In this document: piece by piece, positions 9,031 to 18,900 of the stretch | How the letters are laid out: the number at the start of each line of letters is the position of its first letter | How positions within the stretch are numbered: the first letter of the stretch is position 1 | DNA from: Nitrososphaerota archaeon | Lineage (GTDB): Archaea; Thermoproteota; Nitrososphaeria; Nitrososphaerales; Nitrosopumilaceae | Direction: 5' to 3' | Length of the DNA: 48,493 bases | NCBI GenBank assembly: GCA_018668425.1 | Contig: JABJDB010000112.1 | Span: forward strand, 1 to 48,493 | Notes under the pieces: model-generated | Database searches by the model: none | Seen by the model: only the letters and a program-made list of their open reading frames with translations | Told to the model about the DNA's origin: nothing | Translations under genes and position numbers: made by a program

Positions 9031-9375
9031 TTGTCAGAAATTTCTGAAGATAGATTAGATACAATATTCAAACTTCAAAAAGGTCTTTCTGAAATGATGA
9101 AACTTGACAGATATCCAAAAGATTCTGAAAGTAGGATTTCTGCATTAAGTACTGCAATTATGCATGAAGCAGTTGAATTACAAAGAACAACAAATTGGAA
9201 GTGGTGGAAAACACCAACAGATTTTGATGTTGCTGAAGCAAGAGAAGAATTAATTGATATTTGGCATTTTGTTGTTCAAGCATCACTTGAGTTAAATCTC
9301 ACACCAGATGATATTGTAGAAGAATACAAAAAGAAAAATGAGATAAATCGTGAAAGACAAAGAACTGGATATTAA
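9031..9375 (+). CDS. Dimeric (all-alpha, MazG-like) dUTPase-type pyrophosphatase
   Basis: EAVEL..WKWWK..EELIDIWHF..KKNEINRERQ motifs. Confidence 0.85.
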   Translation: MSEISEDRLDTIFKLQKGLSEMMKLDRYPKDSESRISALSTAIMHEAVELQRTTNWKWWKTPTDFDVAEAREELIDIWHFVVQASLELNLTPDDIVEEYKKKNEINRERQRTGY

Positions 9376-9476
9376 AGAAATCCAATTAGTAAAAAATTCT
9401 AATTAAATTAAAATTTTCAATCGGATTCCTTCAGATTTTGTAATATCTTCAGGCTCGATTCTGTTTAATTATTCAT

Positions 9477-10565
9477 CTATTTTGATAGAATTTCATGCAT
9501 GGTTTTTGCAATAAATTCGATATTCTTTTTTGTTACATTTGGATGGATTGGTAAAGATAAGACATTTTTTGCAGCCCAATCAGTTACAGGGAGTTTTGTT
9601 TTAAGTTTGTAAAATGGAGTTTTGTGAACAGGTGTTGGATAATAAGATGCAGCACCAATTCCTTTTTGGTTAAGTTTCTTCAATAATAGATCACGTTTTT
9701 TTGTAGTAATTGTATAAAGATACCAATTTGTATTTTCATTTTTTCGTTGCTGTGGAAGTTGAATTTTTAGATCAGAAATTAGTTTTGATAAAAGTTGTGC
9801 ATTATTTTTTCTAGATTTCAAAAATCCTGGAAGTTTTTTCATTTGTACTGTTGCAATTGCAGCATTAATTTCAGGTAATCTCAAGTTTAGACCAAATACT
9901 TTGGTATCATATCCATGAACCATTCCATGGTTTCTGATCATCAATAGTTTATCTCGTAATTTTTTATTATTAGTTACAATAAAACCTCCTTCTCCAGCAG
10001 TCATTACTTTTGCAGGATACATACTATAACATCCCATTTCAAAGAAAGTGCCAGTGTGCTTTCTTTTATACGTCGAACCTAAAGATTGTGCAGAATCTTC
10101 AATTATTGGAATGTTATTTTTTTTGGAGATTTCTGATAGTCTTTCAATATTTGCCACATTACCATAAAGATGAACAGGAATTATTGCACGGGTTTTTTTT
10201 GTAATCTTTTTTTGTATATCATCAGGATCAATTGTGTAATTTTCTTTAAGAATATCAACAAAAACAGGTTTTGCTCCAGTTGAAACAACTGCATTTGCAG
10301 TAGCTACAAAAGTAAATGATGGTACTAAAACTTCATCACCTTTTTTGATGTCTAATGCGTAAAGGGCAGCCTGTAAAGCAGCAGTTCCAGAATTTACTGC
10401 TATAGCATATTTTGATTTTACAAATGATGAAGCAGATTTTTCAAATTCCTGGACATGTTTTCCGCCTTGATTAGATGATGAAGTTAAAGCTCCTTTTTTA
10501 AGAATATTAGTGACTGCATCAATCTCTTCTTTGCCCACTAATGGAATGTTAATTGCAATATTCAT
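9477..10565 (-). CDS. DegT/DnrJ/EryC1/StrS sugar aminotransferase
   Basis: NSGTAAL, PSFTFVAT, VHLYG, EDSAQ and SMYPAK..GEGG motifs. Confidence 0.93.
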   Translation of the reverse strand: MNIAINIPLVGKEEIDAVTNILKKGALTSSSNQGGKHVQEFEKSASSFVKSKYAIAVNSGTAALQAALYALDIKKGDEVLVPSFTFVATANAVVSTGAKPVFVDILKENYTIDPDDIQKKITKKTRAIIPVHLYGNVANIERLSEISKKNNIPIIEDSAQSLGSTYKRKHTGTFFEMGCYSMYPAKVMTAGEGGFIVTNNKKLRDKLLMIRNHGMVHGYDTKVFGLNLRLPEINAAIATVQMKKLPGFLKSRKNNAQLLSKLISDLKIQLPQQRKNENTNWYLYTITTKKRDLLLKKLNQKGIGAASYYPTPVHKTPFYKLKTKLPVTDWAAKNVLSLPIHPNVTKKNIEFIAKTMHEILSK

Positions 10566-10632
10566 TAGTAATTCTCTCTCTAACTAGTCTATAAATCTCG
10601 TTGAGGATACATGAATTTTTATATTTCAAAAT

Positions 10633-11211
10633 TTGGCAAACGGCATTATGAAACCACGTCATCTTGAAAAATCAGATTCAGGATACAAAGTGTATCTCTA
10701 TGTTTTCTATATTTGTGGATTCATTATGACATCATCATTAATTTTTGGAGTATATGCAACAATGCTGGAATGGATTCAAAATGGAACTTATGTTATGGGT
10801 GAAGTAATTCATAATACAACTATTCCTTTTGAGAATTTTGCAAGGGTTACAACTTGGATATTTTTTTCTACAATAATTGGTTGGTATTGTGTCACAAGAA
10901 TAGGTTGGAGAAGAACTGCAGGAGATAAGATTGTTGGAACAAAAATGGCATTACTTCAATTGATGTTATTAGGATTTTCAATTATCTCACTATACGAAGT
11001 ATTATACAATTTTACAGTTCTAAATGGAGTAATTGCTGCAGGTACAATTAATGGAATGGTTCCAGATATTGATAGATTATCAGTTGCTTATCCAGATCCG
11101 GATAGACCATGGAACTTAGTTTTTGCAACAAAAATTTTCCTTGCATCTTTTATTATTTCCACACATGGGTTTTATCTTAGTATAAAACCAAGAAAAAGCT
11201 TAGATGAATAA
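10633..11211 (+). CDS. Hypothetical four-TM membrane protein
   Basis: Long ORF with four hydrophobic segments. Confidence 0.6.
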   Translation: MANGIMKPRHLEKSDSGYKVYLYVFYICGFIMTSSLIFGVYATMLEWIQNGTYVMGEVIHNTTIPFENFARVTTWIFFSTIIGWYCVTRIGWRRTAGDKIVGTKMALLQLMLLGFSIISLYEVLYNFTVLNGVIAAGTINGMVPDIDRLSVAYPDPDRPWNLVFATKIFLASFIISTHGFYLSIKPRKSLDE

Positions 11212-11290
11212 TTTTCAAAATACGTTTTATTGTATGGTTTATTGTTAATTTTTAGTAAAACTATTTTTTCTACTATAACATACTTGGAAT

Positions 11291-11479
11291 ATGGGATTAT
11301 TTGGATCTAGTAAAAACGATTTAAAATGCAAAAAATGTGGAACTATTCTTTCTGATTCTGAGAGATTAAAAAAACATCAAGAAAAAGCACACAATAAGAA
11401 AAAAGAGAAATGTAGAGTTTGTGGAACTGAGTTTGACACTCAAGAAGGACTAAGAAAACACAAAAAGAATTGCAAGTAA
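11291..11479 (+). CDS. Tandem C2H2-type zinc-finger protein
   Basis: CKKC..L..H...H and CRVC..F..L..H...C. Confidence 0.8.
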   Translation: MGLFGSSKNDLKCKKCGTILSDSERLKKHQEKAHNKKKEKCRVCGTEFDTQEGLRKHKKNCK

Positions 11480-11680
11480 TTATTCAGATTTATTTTTTGA
11501 TTGACGTTTAAGGGCTTTTTCTATGGATTCTAAATTTTTAATTTCATTTTTAGAATTCATTGAAAGTGTATTAATCATTTCAGGGCCTAGTTGAACTGAT
11601 TGTTCAGGTAGTAAATCTAGAAATTTTTTGAGTCCTTTCTTATAATTTTCAATCAATTCTAGTCCTTCTTCAAGAGTCAC
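11480..11680 (-). CDS. Small helical hypothetical protein
   Basis: 66-aa ORF filling the gap between the zinc-finger gene and tyrS. Confidence 0.55.
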   Translation of the reverse strand: MTLEEGLELIENYKKGLKKFLDLLPEQSVQLGPEMINTLSMNSKNEIKNLESIEKALKRQSKNKSE

Positions 11681-11775
11681 AAATATTGTGAATGTGACAC
11701 ATATTCATAGCTTTCAAATTTGATTGAGTTTTTTTGAATAACTTTATACGTTTAGATCTCAAAACTTGTTTTGAT

Positions 11776-12822
11776 TTGGATATTACAGAAAAAGTAGATT
11801 TGATTCAAAGACCACCAACTGAAGAGGTGGTAACACATGAAGAATTAATTGAATTGTTCAAAACAAACTCATCTCCACAACATTACATTGGTTTAGAAAT
11901 TTCTGGATTTTTACACCTTGGTAGTTTGATTAGTACAGGTTTCAAAATTAATGATTTTGCAAAAGCTGGTGTTAAATGTAAAATCTTTCTTGCAGATTGG
12001 CACACTCTAATTAATGACAAACTGGGTGGGAATTGGGAAACTATTTCTAAAGTTTCAAAATATTACCAAGATGCTTTCAAGCTAGTTTGTCCTGATGCAG
12101 AAATTGTTTTAGGATCAGATTTGTATAAAGAAAAAACAGAATACTGGTCTGAGCTTGTTAAATTTACAAAACATATGTCAATTGCCAGAACAATGAGAAC
12201 TCTAACAATTATGGGTCGTTCTGAAGATGATAAAAAAATTGATGTTGCAAAATTACTCTATCCTGCAATGCAAGCAGTAGATATTCACTCATTAGATGTA
12301 GATATTGCACATGCTGGAATGGATCAAAGAAAAATCCACATGTTAGTTAGAGAGATATTTCCTAAAATGAAATGGAAAGTTCCAGTAGCTGTTCATCATA
12401 AATTATTGCCAGGACTTACAAAACCTGCAGATACTAGTGATTCTAAGATTATAGGAAAGATGAGTAAATCTGATCCAAATTCAGGAATTTTTATTCATAA
12501 TACAGACGATGAGATAAAGAAAAAAATTAGTAAAGCATGGTGTGAAGAGGCAAACATACAGAACAATCCATTATTAGAAATTGCAAAAACTGTAATCTTT
12601 CACGAATTTAATGAAATGAATGTTGAAAGACCTGAGAAATTTGGTGGTAATGTATCATATTCTGATTATATTCAACTTGAAACAGACTTTGTTGAAAAGA
12701 AATTACACCCAGGGGATTTGAAACAGACTGTAGGAAATTATTTGGTAAAAATTGTATCACCAATTAGAGAAAAGTTGAACCTTAGTGAAGAAATACATGA
12801 AGCAATAAAGAAAAGCTTCTAG
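11776..12822 (+). CDS. tyrS: Tyrosine--tRNA ligase (archaeal type)
   Basis: YIGLEISGFLHLG, ADWH, YPAMQAVD, GMDQRK and KMSKS motifs. TTG 11776 preferred over the track start at 11734. Confidence 0.93.
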   Translation: MDITEKVDLIQRPPTEEVVTHEELIELFKTNSSPQHYIGLEISGFLHLGSLISTGFKINDFAKAGVKCKIFLADWHTLINDKLGGNWETISKVSKYYQDAFKLVCPDAEIVLGSDLYKEKTEYWSELVKFTKHMSIARTMRTLTIMGRSEDDKKIDVAKLLYPAMQAVDIHSLDVDIAHAGMDQRKIHMLVREIFPKMKWKVPVAVHHKLLPGLTKPADTSDSKIIGKMSKSDPNSGIFIHNTDDEIKKKISKAWCEEANIQNNPLLEIAKTVIFHEFNEMNVERPEKFGGNVSYSDYIQLETDFVEKKLHPGDLKQTVGNYLVKIVSPIREKLNLSEEIHEAIKKSF

Positions 12823-13613
12823 ACTTTAAGATCAGAATTAGTTTGTTCTTCTAAATTGTATTTTGATTTGTATCCTCTAGGATTAATCATCAAATCTTTG
12901 TAAGTATAAGTTGAAGAATTTCCAATAATTACAGTACTAGTCATTCCTAATGCATCTGAATGATTTGGTAAATTTTCTAAATCAGTAATTACTATTGATT
13001 CAGATTCTCTATATGCTGCTTTAATTATTGCAACAGGGGTTGTAGGTTTTCTATATTTTAGAAGAGTTTTTCTGGTATCTTGTAATTGGTGAATTCTTTT
13101 TTTGCTTGCAGGATTGTAAATTACAATAACAAAATCACCTTTTGCTGCAGATTCCACTCTTTTTTCAATTACTTCCCAAGGAACTAACAAATCACTCATA
13201 CTAACAACTGCAAAATCAGTCATTAGAGGAGAACCAACAATTGATGCACATGAATTTAGTGCAGACACACCTGGAACTATTTCAACTTCTAGTCCATCTT
13301 TAGGATTCCAACCAATTTCAGCTAATGTTTCGTAAATTAATCCTGCCATTCCATAAATTCCAGGATCTCCACTTGAAACAAGTGAAACAATTTTTCCTGA
13401 TTTAGCAAGATCAATACATTGATGGGCTCTTTCAACTTCTTGAGTCATCGCATATCGATGAATTGTTTTTCCTTCAATAAGATCTGAAACCAAATTAACA
13501 TAAGTTTCGTAACCAACAATTGTATCACTTTCAACAATTGCTTCTTTTGCTCGAAATGTCATGTGATCATTACTACCAGGACCAACACCGACAATGTAGA
13601 GTTTACCAGTCAA
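12819..13613 (-). CDS. cobJ: Precorrin-3B C17-methyltransferase (CobJ/CbiH)
   Basis: VGVGPG, SSGDPGIYGMA, SDLLVPW, YNP and PRGY motifs. Confidence 0.92.
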   Translation of the reverse strand: MTGKLYIVGVGPGSNDHMTFRAKEAIVESDTIVGYETYVNLVSDLIEGKTIHRYAMTQEVERAHQCIDLAKSGKIVSLVSSGDPGIYGMAGLIYETLAEIGWNPKDGLEVEIVPGVSALNSCASIVGSPLMTDFAVVSMSDLLVPWEVIEKRVESAAKGDFVIVIYNPASKKRIHQLQDTRKTLLKYRKPTTPVAIIKAAYRESESIVITDLENLPNHSDALGMTSTVIIGNSSTYTYKDLMINPRGYKSKYNLEEQTNSDLKV

Positions 13614-13641
13614 TTTTAAAATAAATTTTTTCTCAAGTAAT

Positions 13642-15120
13642 TTATCCGTTTAGTGATGTTTCTTGAAATGGATCAATAAACGGACAATTTACAATATGAT
13701 CACTGTTAGTTGGTCGTGCTATACTCACAGAAAGTAAATCATCTGCACGAAATGAATCAATATCTGACTTTGTCTCCAAAATTTTTGCTGATTCATCATC
13801 GTTCCATTCAACCAGGTAAATTCTCCACATTGGACTGTAATTTTTATCTCCAAGTGAAGCTCCTGCAATTCCTGGCTGGAATCCTAATGGACCAGATCCT
13901 TTAATTCCATTTTTGAATTGAAAAAGATCAACTGCACCTGAGTGAATTACAAGATTTGCAGAACTAGGTGATGAAACAACACCCATTGTTTCTGCAGGTC
14001 CTTTAGGAGTTGCATCAGTTACAATATAGTAAATTGTTTTTCCATCAGGTCCCCATCCTCTATGAGCTACAAAAGTTACAGTCAGTTCTTCTTTATTAAT
14101 TTCAGTTATTTGACCTTCGCCATATGACATATGATCAGTAATTTCACTATCAGTACGAACTAACATTTGCCCATCAGGCCAAACAATCTGAGGTGTATTA
14201 AGAACAATTTCTGTTTCATTAAATTCAATTCTTCCGTTCTCTTTTGCAGTAACAATATCCGTAGATGATTCAAATACAATTTCTTTTTGTCCTTTTTTCC
14301 AAGTAACTTCAATTATAGAATTTAATGCACTGTATTGTGATTCTTGTGATGGTGTACTAGAAAACACTTCATCTTGAAATCCGTAAATTCCATCACCCTT
14401 TACTCCATTTTTAAAAATGTATAATTGTTCAAGTGCAGTTTCTGGAACATTAGAAATAGCTGTTGCGTTATTAACAATCCATCCTTGTTTTTCAGTAATT
14501 GTTTTTGCATAATTCCCATCACTACCATCAGTAATTATGTAAAGAACTTGTTCTCCATCATAGATTCCTTTATGCATTGGAATTGTAGCTGGAACATTTG
14601 TTCTAGAAAGTAATGACGTTGGTTCTTCCTTTTTTAATTCAATTTTTTGCATTATTACTTCAGTTGGTTGTCCACGAATCCATCCATCAACACTTACAGT
14701 TGAAGTGAATTTCTTTGATGGTGAATGCAAAGCAAGTGCAGCACCTGTAAATTCAAAAGAACCTGATTTTTCATTTAAATCAATTAGAGATAATCCATAG
14801 ATTGTATTTCCATCAATAGTCCATGTAGGTTGACCCTTTGCATCTTGTGAGTTTATTTCATGTAAAACTACTAGTTGGACATGCTCACTTGAGGTAAATG
14901 TCATAGAACCGTCATAAAGTGTACCTTCACTTGGAGATAAAACAAATGATAATTGATGGTTTTCATGTCCTTTACCTGGATCTTGTGAAGATGTAATCGT
15001 TTGAGTAAAGTGAATTTTTTTTCTAGAACCAGCATCAACGAATTGATCAGATACAGAAGAGATAGAAATTATGCTTGTAGCAAAAATTACAATCATTACA
15101 ATGGCAATTAATTTTTTCAA
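13642..15120 (-). CDS. Secreted protein with a tandemly duplicated domain of unknown function
   Basis: Signal peptide; two copies of Y(Y)IxTD...FKNGxKGxGxxGFQ...YS...VxW...NxP. Confidence 0.65.
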   Translation of the reverse strand: MKKLIAIVMIVIFATSIISISSVSDQFVDAGSRKKIHFTQTITSSQDPGKGHENHQLSFVLSPSEGTLYDGSMTFTSSEHVQLVVLHEINSQDAKGQPTWTIDGNTIYGLSLIDLNEKSGSFEFTGAALALHSPSKKFTSTVSVDGWIRGQPTEVIMQKIELKKEEPTSLLSRTNVPATIPMHKGIYDGEQVLYIITDGSDGNYAKTITEKQGWIVNNATAISNVPETALEQLYIFKNGVKGDGIYGFQDEVFSSTPSQESQYSALNSIIEVTWKKGQKEIVFESSTDIVTAKENGRIEFNETEIVLNTPQIVWPDGQMLVRTDSEITDHMSYGEGQITEINKEELTVTFVAHRGWGPDGKTIYYIVTDATPKGPAETMGVVSSPSSANLVIHSGAVDLFQFKNGIKGSGPLGFQPGIAGASLGDKNYSPMWRIYLVEWNDDESAKILETKSDIDSFRADDLLSVSIARPTNSDHIVNCPFIDPFQETSLNG

Positions 15121-15158
15121 CGAGTCTAGTTGAAATTATTCCCTTAAATGATTTTGTC

Positions 15159-16562
15159 TTAGTTAATTTTGTCTAGTGCAAATTCATTGTGTAAAGCACG
15201 TACTGCAGTATTTGTATCAGAATTTTTTACAACAAATGCAAGATTAAGTTCAGATGAACCTTGTGTAATCATAGACACATTGACTTTGTTTTTCTGAATT
15301 GAAGTAAAAACTTTTGATGCAACTCCAACTGTACCTCTCATTCCTGATCCAATTAATGCAATTATTGCTACATCAGTTGTAACTTCTAATTTTTTAATTA
15401 TTTTTCCTAACAATTCCAATTCAAGTGAACTTGTTGCTTTATCCAAATCAGTATTTTTTACAACTATAGTTATACTTGATTCTGATGGATTTTGTGAAAT
15501 CATCATTACGTTAATTCCAGCTTTGGCTAAAGTTTCAAATATTTTTGCAGCAGTTCCAGGATTTCCCACCATACTGCCACCTCTAATATCGATTAATCCA
15601 TTATTTCGAACATTGCTCACACACTTTACAGTATTTCTTGCAGCTTTTGAAGGAGTTGCAGATACTAAAGTTCCCTCATTTTTTACATTAAATGAACTTC
15701 TAATCTTCATAGGTATTTTCTTTGACAAAAGAGGCTCAAATGTTCGTGGATGAATTTGTTTTGCTCCAAACAATGCCATCTCAATTGCTTCAACATATGA
15801 TACTTCTTTGAGTAATTTTGCATTTTTGACAATTTTTGGATCTGCAGTCATTAATCCATCTACATCACTCATTAACCAAATTTCATCTGCTTTGATACTT
15901 GATCCAATTGTTGTTGCTGAATAATCAGATCCACCTCTACCAAAAGTAGTTACATGTCCATGTTGATCCGCTCCTGTAAATCCACCAATAACAGGAATTG
16001 TTTTCTTTGAAAATAATGCATCAATTGTTTTTGATGTTCTAAGTCTTGTTGTATCCATTAGTGGTTTTGATTCACCAAAATTAGAATCAGTTACAATCCC
16101 TACTTCTTTACCAGTAAGAGGAATTGATTTTAATCCTATATCATTTAGTGATGCTGAAACTAATTTTATTGATAATCTTTCACCAAATGAAATTAGATAA
16201 TCCATTGATCTTGGTGTGACTTCACCTAACAACACCATTCCATCAATTAATGCAAGTAATTCTGTAAAGTCTTGATCTAATTTCACTAGTAATTTTTTTT
16301 GTACATCAGATTTTGTGATGGTTTGTTTTGCTAATTGCTTATGTCTATTGATAATTTTTGCTGCAAGTTGTTCTCCTTTTGATTTATTTTCTTTTTTTAT
16401 TGATTCAGATATTTCTATGAGATCGTCAGTAGTTCCACTCATTGCAGAACATACAACTGCAATTTGATTTTTCTTTGATAAAGAACTAAGATATTTTGCT
16501 ATAGCTTTGATATCTTTTGTAGCAGAGATTGATGTTCCACCATATTTTATTACAAGTCTCAT
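15159..16562 (-). CDS. lysC: Aspartate kinase
   Basis: KYGGTS, GERLS, GRGGSDYSAT, DVDG..TADP and two ACT domains. Confidence 0.95.
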   Translation of the reverse strand: MRLVIKYGGTSISATKDIKAIAKYLSSLSKKNQIAVVCSAMSGTTDDLIEISESIKKENKSKGEQLAAKIINRHKQLAKQTITKSDVQKKLLVKLDQDFTELLALIDGMVLLGEVTPRSMDYLISFGERLSIKLVSASLNDIGLKSIPLTGKEVGIVTDSNFGESKPLMDTTRLRTSKTIDALFSKKTIPVIGGFTGADQHGHVTTFGRGGSDYSATTIGSSIKADEIWLMSDVDGLMTADPKIVKNAKLLKEVSYVEAIEMALFGAKQIHPRTFEPLLSKKIPMKIRSSFNVKNEGTLVSATPSKAARNTVKCVSNVRNNGLIDIRGGSMVGNPGTAAKIFETLAKAGINVMMISQNPSESSITIVVKNTDLDKATSSLELELLGKIIKKLEVTTDVAIIALIGSGMRGTVGVASKVFTSIQKNKVNVSMITQGSSELNLAFVVKNSDTNTAVRALHNEFALDKIN

Positions 16563-16597
16563 TTCAAAATACTTGAATTAGTTAATCTTTAAATGCG

Positions 16598-17344
16598 TTA
16601 AGTTTCCACGCGTGGAGCCAAGTAAAAGTGAATTCTACCAATATTTGCTACTTTGAATTCAATTCTTAGAGGTTTTGCGCTTGAAAATTCACATGTGATA
16701 AAACCTGCAGTTGAACCAACTGCTTTGACTACTGGATTAAGATACTCTAGGCTGTAAGTTCCAGCACCGTCTTCTTTTGATGAAATTTCTTCAATGTCTT
16801 TATCATCATTTTCTAAATCTATTACAACTTCACCAGAATCACCTTTGCCTGAAAAATCTGCTTTTGAATCAATTGTTTGAATTGTTAGATAGTCTGATAC
16901 TACTTGTACATCACCTAAAATTTTATCAAATTTTGAAGATGTCAAGACAATTTTTGAATCATATGGAATTTTTGGTAAAGGTGTATCAGTTGCAGAACTT
17001 TCAATTAATCTCATTTTGTATTTTTTATTTTTTCCAACAGTTACAAGTAACATGTTTTGTTCAGAGATACTAATCTCAATGCTGTCTGTTTTTGCAGCTC
17101 TTTTGATAATTTTTGAAAATTCATCTATTCTAACTCCAAATTTAATATCACTATCACATTCATATTTTTCAAATGCAGAATTTGGCCAAGAAATATCAAT
17201 TAATGCAACATGAGAAGGATCCATTCCTCTAAAAGAAATTCCTTCAGTAGTTGCAACAAATGTTGCTTCTTCAACTAGTGTAGAAATTGCAGAAATAATT
17301 GCTTTAAGATCATCAGAACCACTAGTCTTTGCTCCAAAAGTCAA
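16598..17344 (-). CDS. pcn: PCNA sliding clamp
   Basis: MDPSHVAL, YSLEYL and FYLAPR motifs. Confidence 0.95.
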   Translation of the reverse strand: MTFGAKTSGSDDLKAIISAISTLVEEATFVATTEGISFRGMDPSHVALIDISWPNSAFEKYECDSDIKFGVRIDEFSKIIKRAAKTDSIEISISEQNMLLVTVGKNKKYKMRLIESSATDTPLPKIPYDSKIVLTSSKFDKILGDVQVVSDYLTIQTIDSKADFSGKGDSGEVVIDLENDDKDIEEISSKEDGAGTYSLEYLNPVVKAVGSTAGFITCEFSSAKPLRIEFKVANIGRIHFYLAPRVET

Positions 17345-17378
17345 ATCAATTTTCCTGACCTAAAGTTCCAGTTAAACG

Positions 17379-17696
17379 TTATGTGTAATCTCGCCAGGTG
17401 TATTTACATTTCTGGCAACGATAAAATCTAGTTGTAGGTTCATCAGCACTTCTAGTTTGAAACATCCACCAAACTGCTTCATCATGTCCACATTTTTCAC
17501 AATCCATTTTGATTGTTGGGTTTGAGTCTTCTCCTTCATTTCCTTCAAAAGCTAAAAGTGAAAAATCAGGTTCTTCTTCATTAACGATTTTTTTTGTTTG
17601 TTTTGTTTTTTCACCATCAACGTAACCACATTTAGAACATTCTAGACCAGAATTACCTTTTTTTAATTTAACCTCACATTTGGGGCAAAACTTCAA
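17379..17696 (-). CDS. tfs: Transcription elongation factor TFS (RpoM family)
   Basis: Two Zn ribbons and the QTRSADEP acidic hairpin. Confidence 0.92.
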   Translation of the reverse strand: MKFCPKCEVKLKKGNSGLECSKCGYVDGEKTKQTKKIVNEEEPDFSLLAFEGNEGEDSNPTIKMDCEKCGHDEAVWWMFQTRSADEPTTRFYRCQKCKYTWRDYT

Positions 17697-17698
17697 TT

Positions 17699-17977
17699 CT
17701 AATTTACCTTGATTTTAGAATTCACTAATTTTTTAAATTCTTCAGAAATTTTTATTGCAGAATCTGTTGCTTTTTTAATCTCACCTAATGGTTTTCCACT
17801 AGAAGTAATTCTCATCCAAATTTCATCAGTAAGAGGGTGTTTTACAATAACACCAGCAAAATCTACACTTGATTGTTTTAGGAGCTCATGTTGAATTACA
17901 TACAATAATCCAATATCAGCATTTTTTAGTGAAAGACTCATTTCTTTTGCCTCTGAACTAATTACTTCCATGTTCAT
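17699..17977 (-). CDS. rpoL: RNA polymerase subunit L (Rpo11)
   Basis: VDFAG...HPL motif; directly upstream of tfs. Start at 17977 preferred over 18013. Confidence 0.8.
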   Translation of the reverse strand: MNMEVISSEAKEMSLSLKNADIGLLYVIQHELLKQSSVDFAGVIVKHPLTDEIWMRITSSGKPLGEIKKATDSAIKISEEFKKLVNSKIKVN

Positions 17978-18028
17978 GTATCCAAAAAAACACTTATTGT
18001 GGATATAAATCATTCATAGAGGTTAAGG

Positions 18029-18565
18029 TTGGTAGAAAGTAGAATTTCAGATATAAAATTGGTAAAATCCAAGGATGAATATTCATCTGATGAGAATGTT
18101 GAGATAAATGTACAATTTTCAGTAGAAGGCGATCTCAGAGATGCATTTAATGAGGCAAACTGGACTAAAGCCTACAATATCTATGATGCATCATTTAAGC
18201 TAAAATTCGGTATCAAATTAACGTCTGGTGGATTTAGAAAAAAAGAAGTTGGTAAAACTATGGATACATACAGAAAGGCATCAATTTTTTGGACAAGAAA
18301 TCCAAAACTTGTCAATCCAATGAAAGATAGAAGAATTTGGGTCCAAGTAGCTAAAAACTTTGAGCCATTTATCAGACATACTGAAGAAGAAGTAAAACAG
18401 GAATTATTTGATTTTAATGAAAAATTTGTCTTTAGAGCATCTGATTTAGGTAAAGGTAATCACAAAATTGGAGCAGAGGCATTTGCATCATGGCAAAAAC
18501 ACGATTACACAGAACCTGGTAATATTAAAAATGATTCTAATGAAATTGAGATTACAATCAATTAG
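18029..18565 (+). CDS. Hypothetical beta-rich soluble protein
   Basis: 178-aa ORF with coding-like composition; no motif recognised. Confidence 0.6.
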   Translation: MVESRISDIKLVKSKDEYSSDENVEINVQFSVEGDLRDAFNEANWTKAYNIYDASFKLKFGIKLTSGGFRKKEVGKTMDTYRKASIFWTRNPKLVNPMKDRRIWVQVAKNFEPFIRHTEEEVKQELFDFNEKFVFRASDLGKGNHKIGAEAFASWQKHDYTEPGNIKNDSNEIEITIN

Positions 18566-18596
18566 GGATATAAGGAACTATTTTTTGTGAATTAGT

Positions 18597-18749
18597 ATGG
18601 CAAAATATGATGGTCTGTTAGGACAACCACTTCTTGAAATAGAAGATCCTGACAAAGAAGGTGGTATAACTTTCATTATGAAAGATAATAGATTTTTGTT
18701 CATCAAAGCAGTTGATGGTAAAATTGAGACGGTGTCAATTCCAGAATAG
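18597..18749 (+). CDS. 50-aa hypothetical micro-protein
   Basis: Manual translation: MAKYDGLLGQPLLEIEDPDKEGGITFIMKDNRFLFIKAVDGKIETVSIPE. Confidence 0.7.
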   Translation: MAKYDGLLGQPLLEIEDPDKEGGITFIMKDNRFLFIKAVDGKIETVSIPE

Positions 18750-18759
18750 GTGAAAATGA

Positions 18760-18900
18760 ATGATAGATGTTGAAGAATTTAAAATGAAAGAAATTGTAAA
18801 AATTGAAGATTCAGGTGAAGAATTGATAGTTACTTTTACAGATAGTAAAACTATGAAAATCAAAATAGTTGATGGTAAACTAGTTTCAGAATTAATTTAA
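18760..18900 (+). CDS. 46-aa micro-protein, apparent paralog of 18597..18749
   Basis: Manual translation: MIDVEEFKMKEIVKIEDSGEELIVTFTDSKTMKIKIVDGKLVSELI; AGGTGA Shine-Dalgarno-like site at 18748-18753. Confidence 0.65.
   Translation: MIDVEEFKMKEIVKIEDSGEELIVTFTDSKTMKIKIVDGKLVSELI

Noticed and set aside
9376-9476. Possible gene remnant behind the DegT gene (ATG AAT AAT TAA, then LNRIEPEDITKSEGIRLKILI in another frame)
   Set aside because: Too short and no recognisable homology; a pseudogene call cannot be supported without a search
3121-13613. bluB and cobJ as a novel cobalamin cluster
   Set aside because: Cobalamin synthesis is established for this lineage, and the two genes are not adjacent
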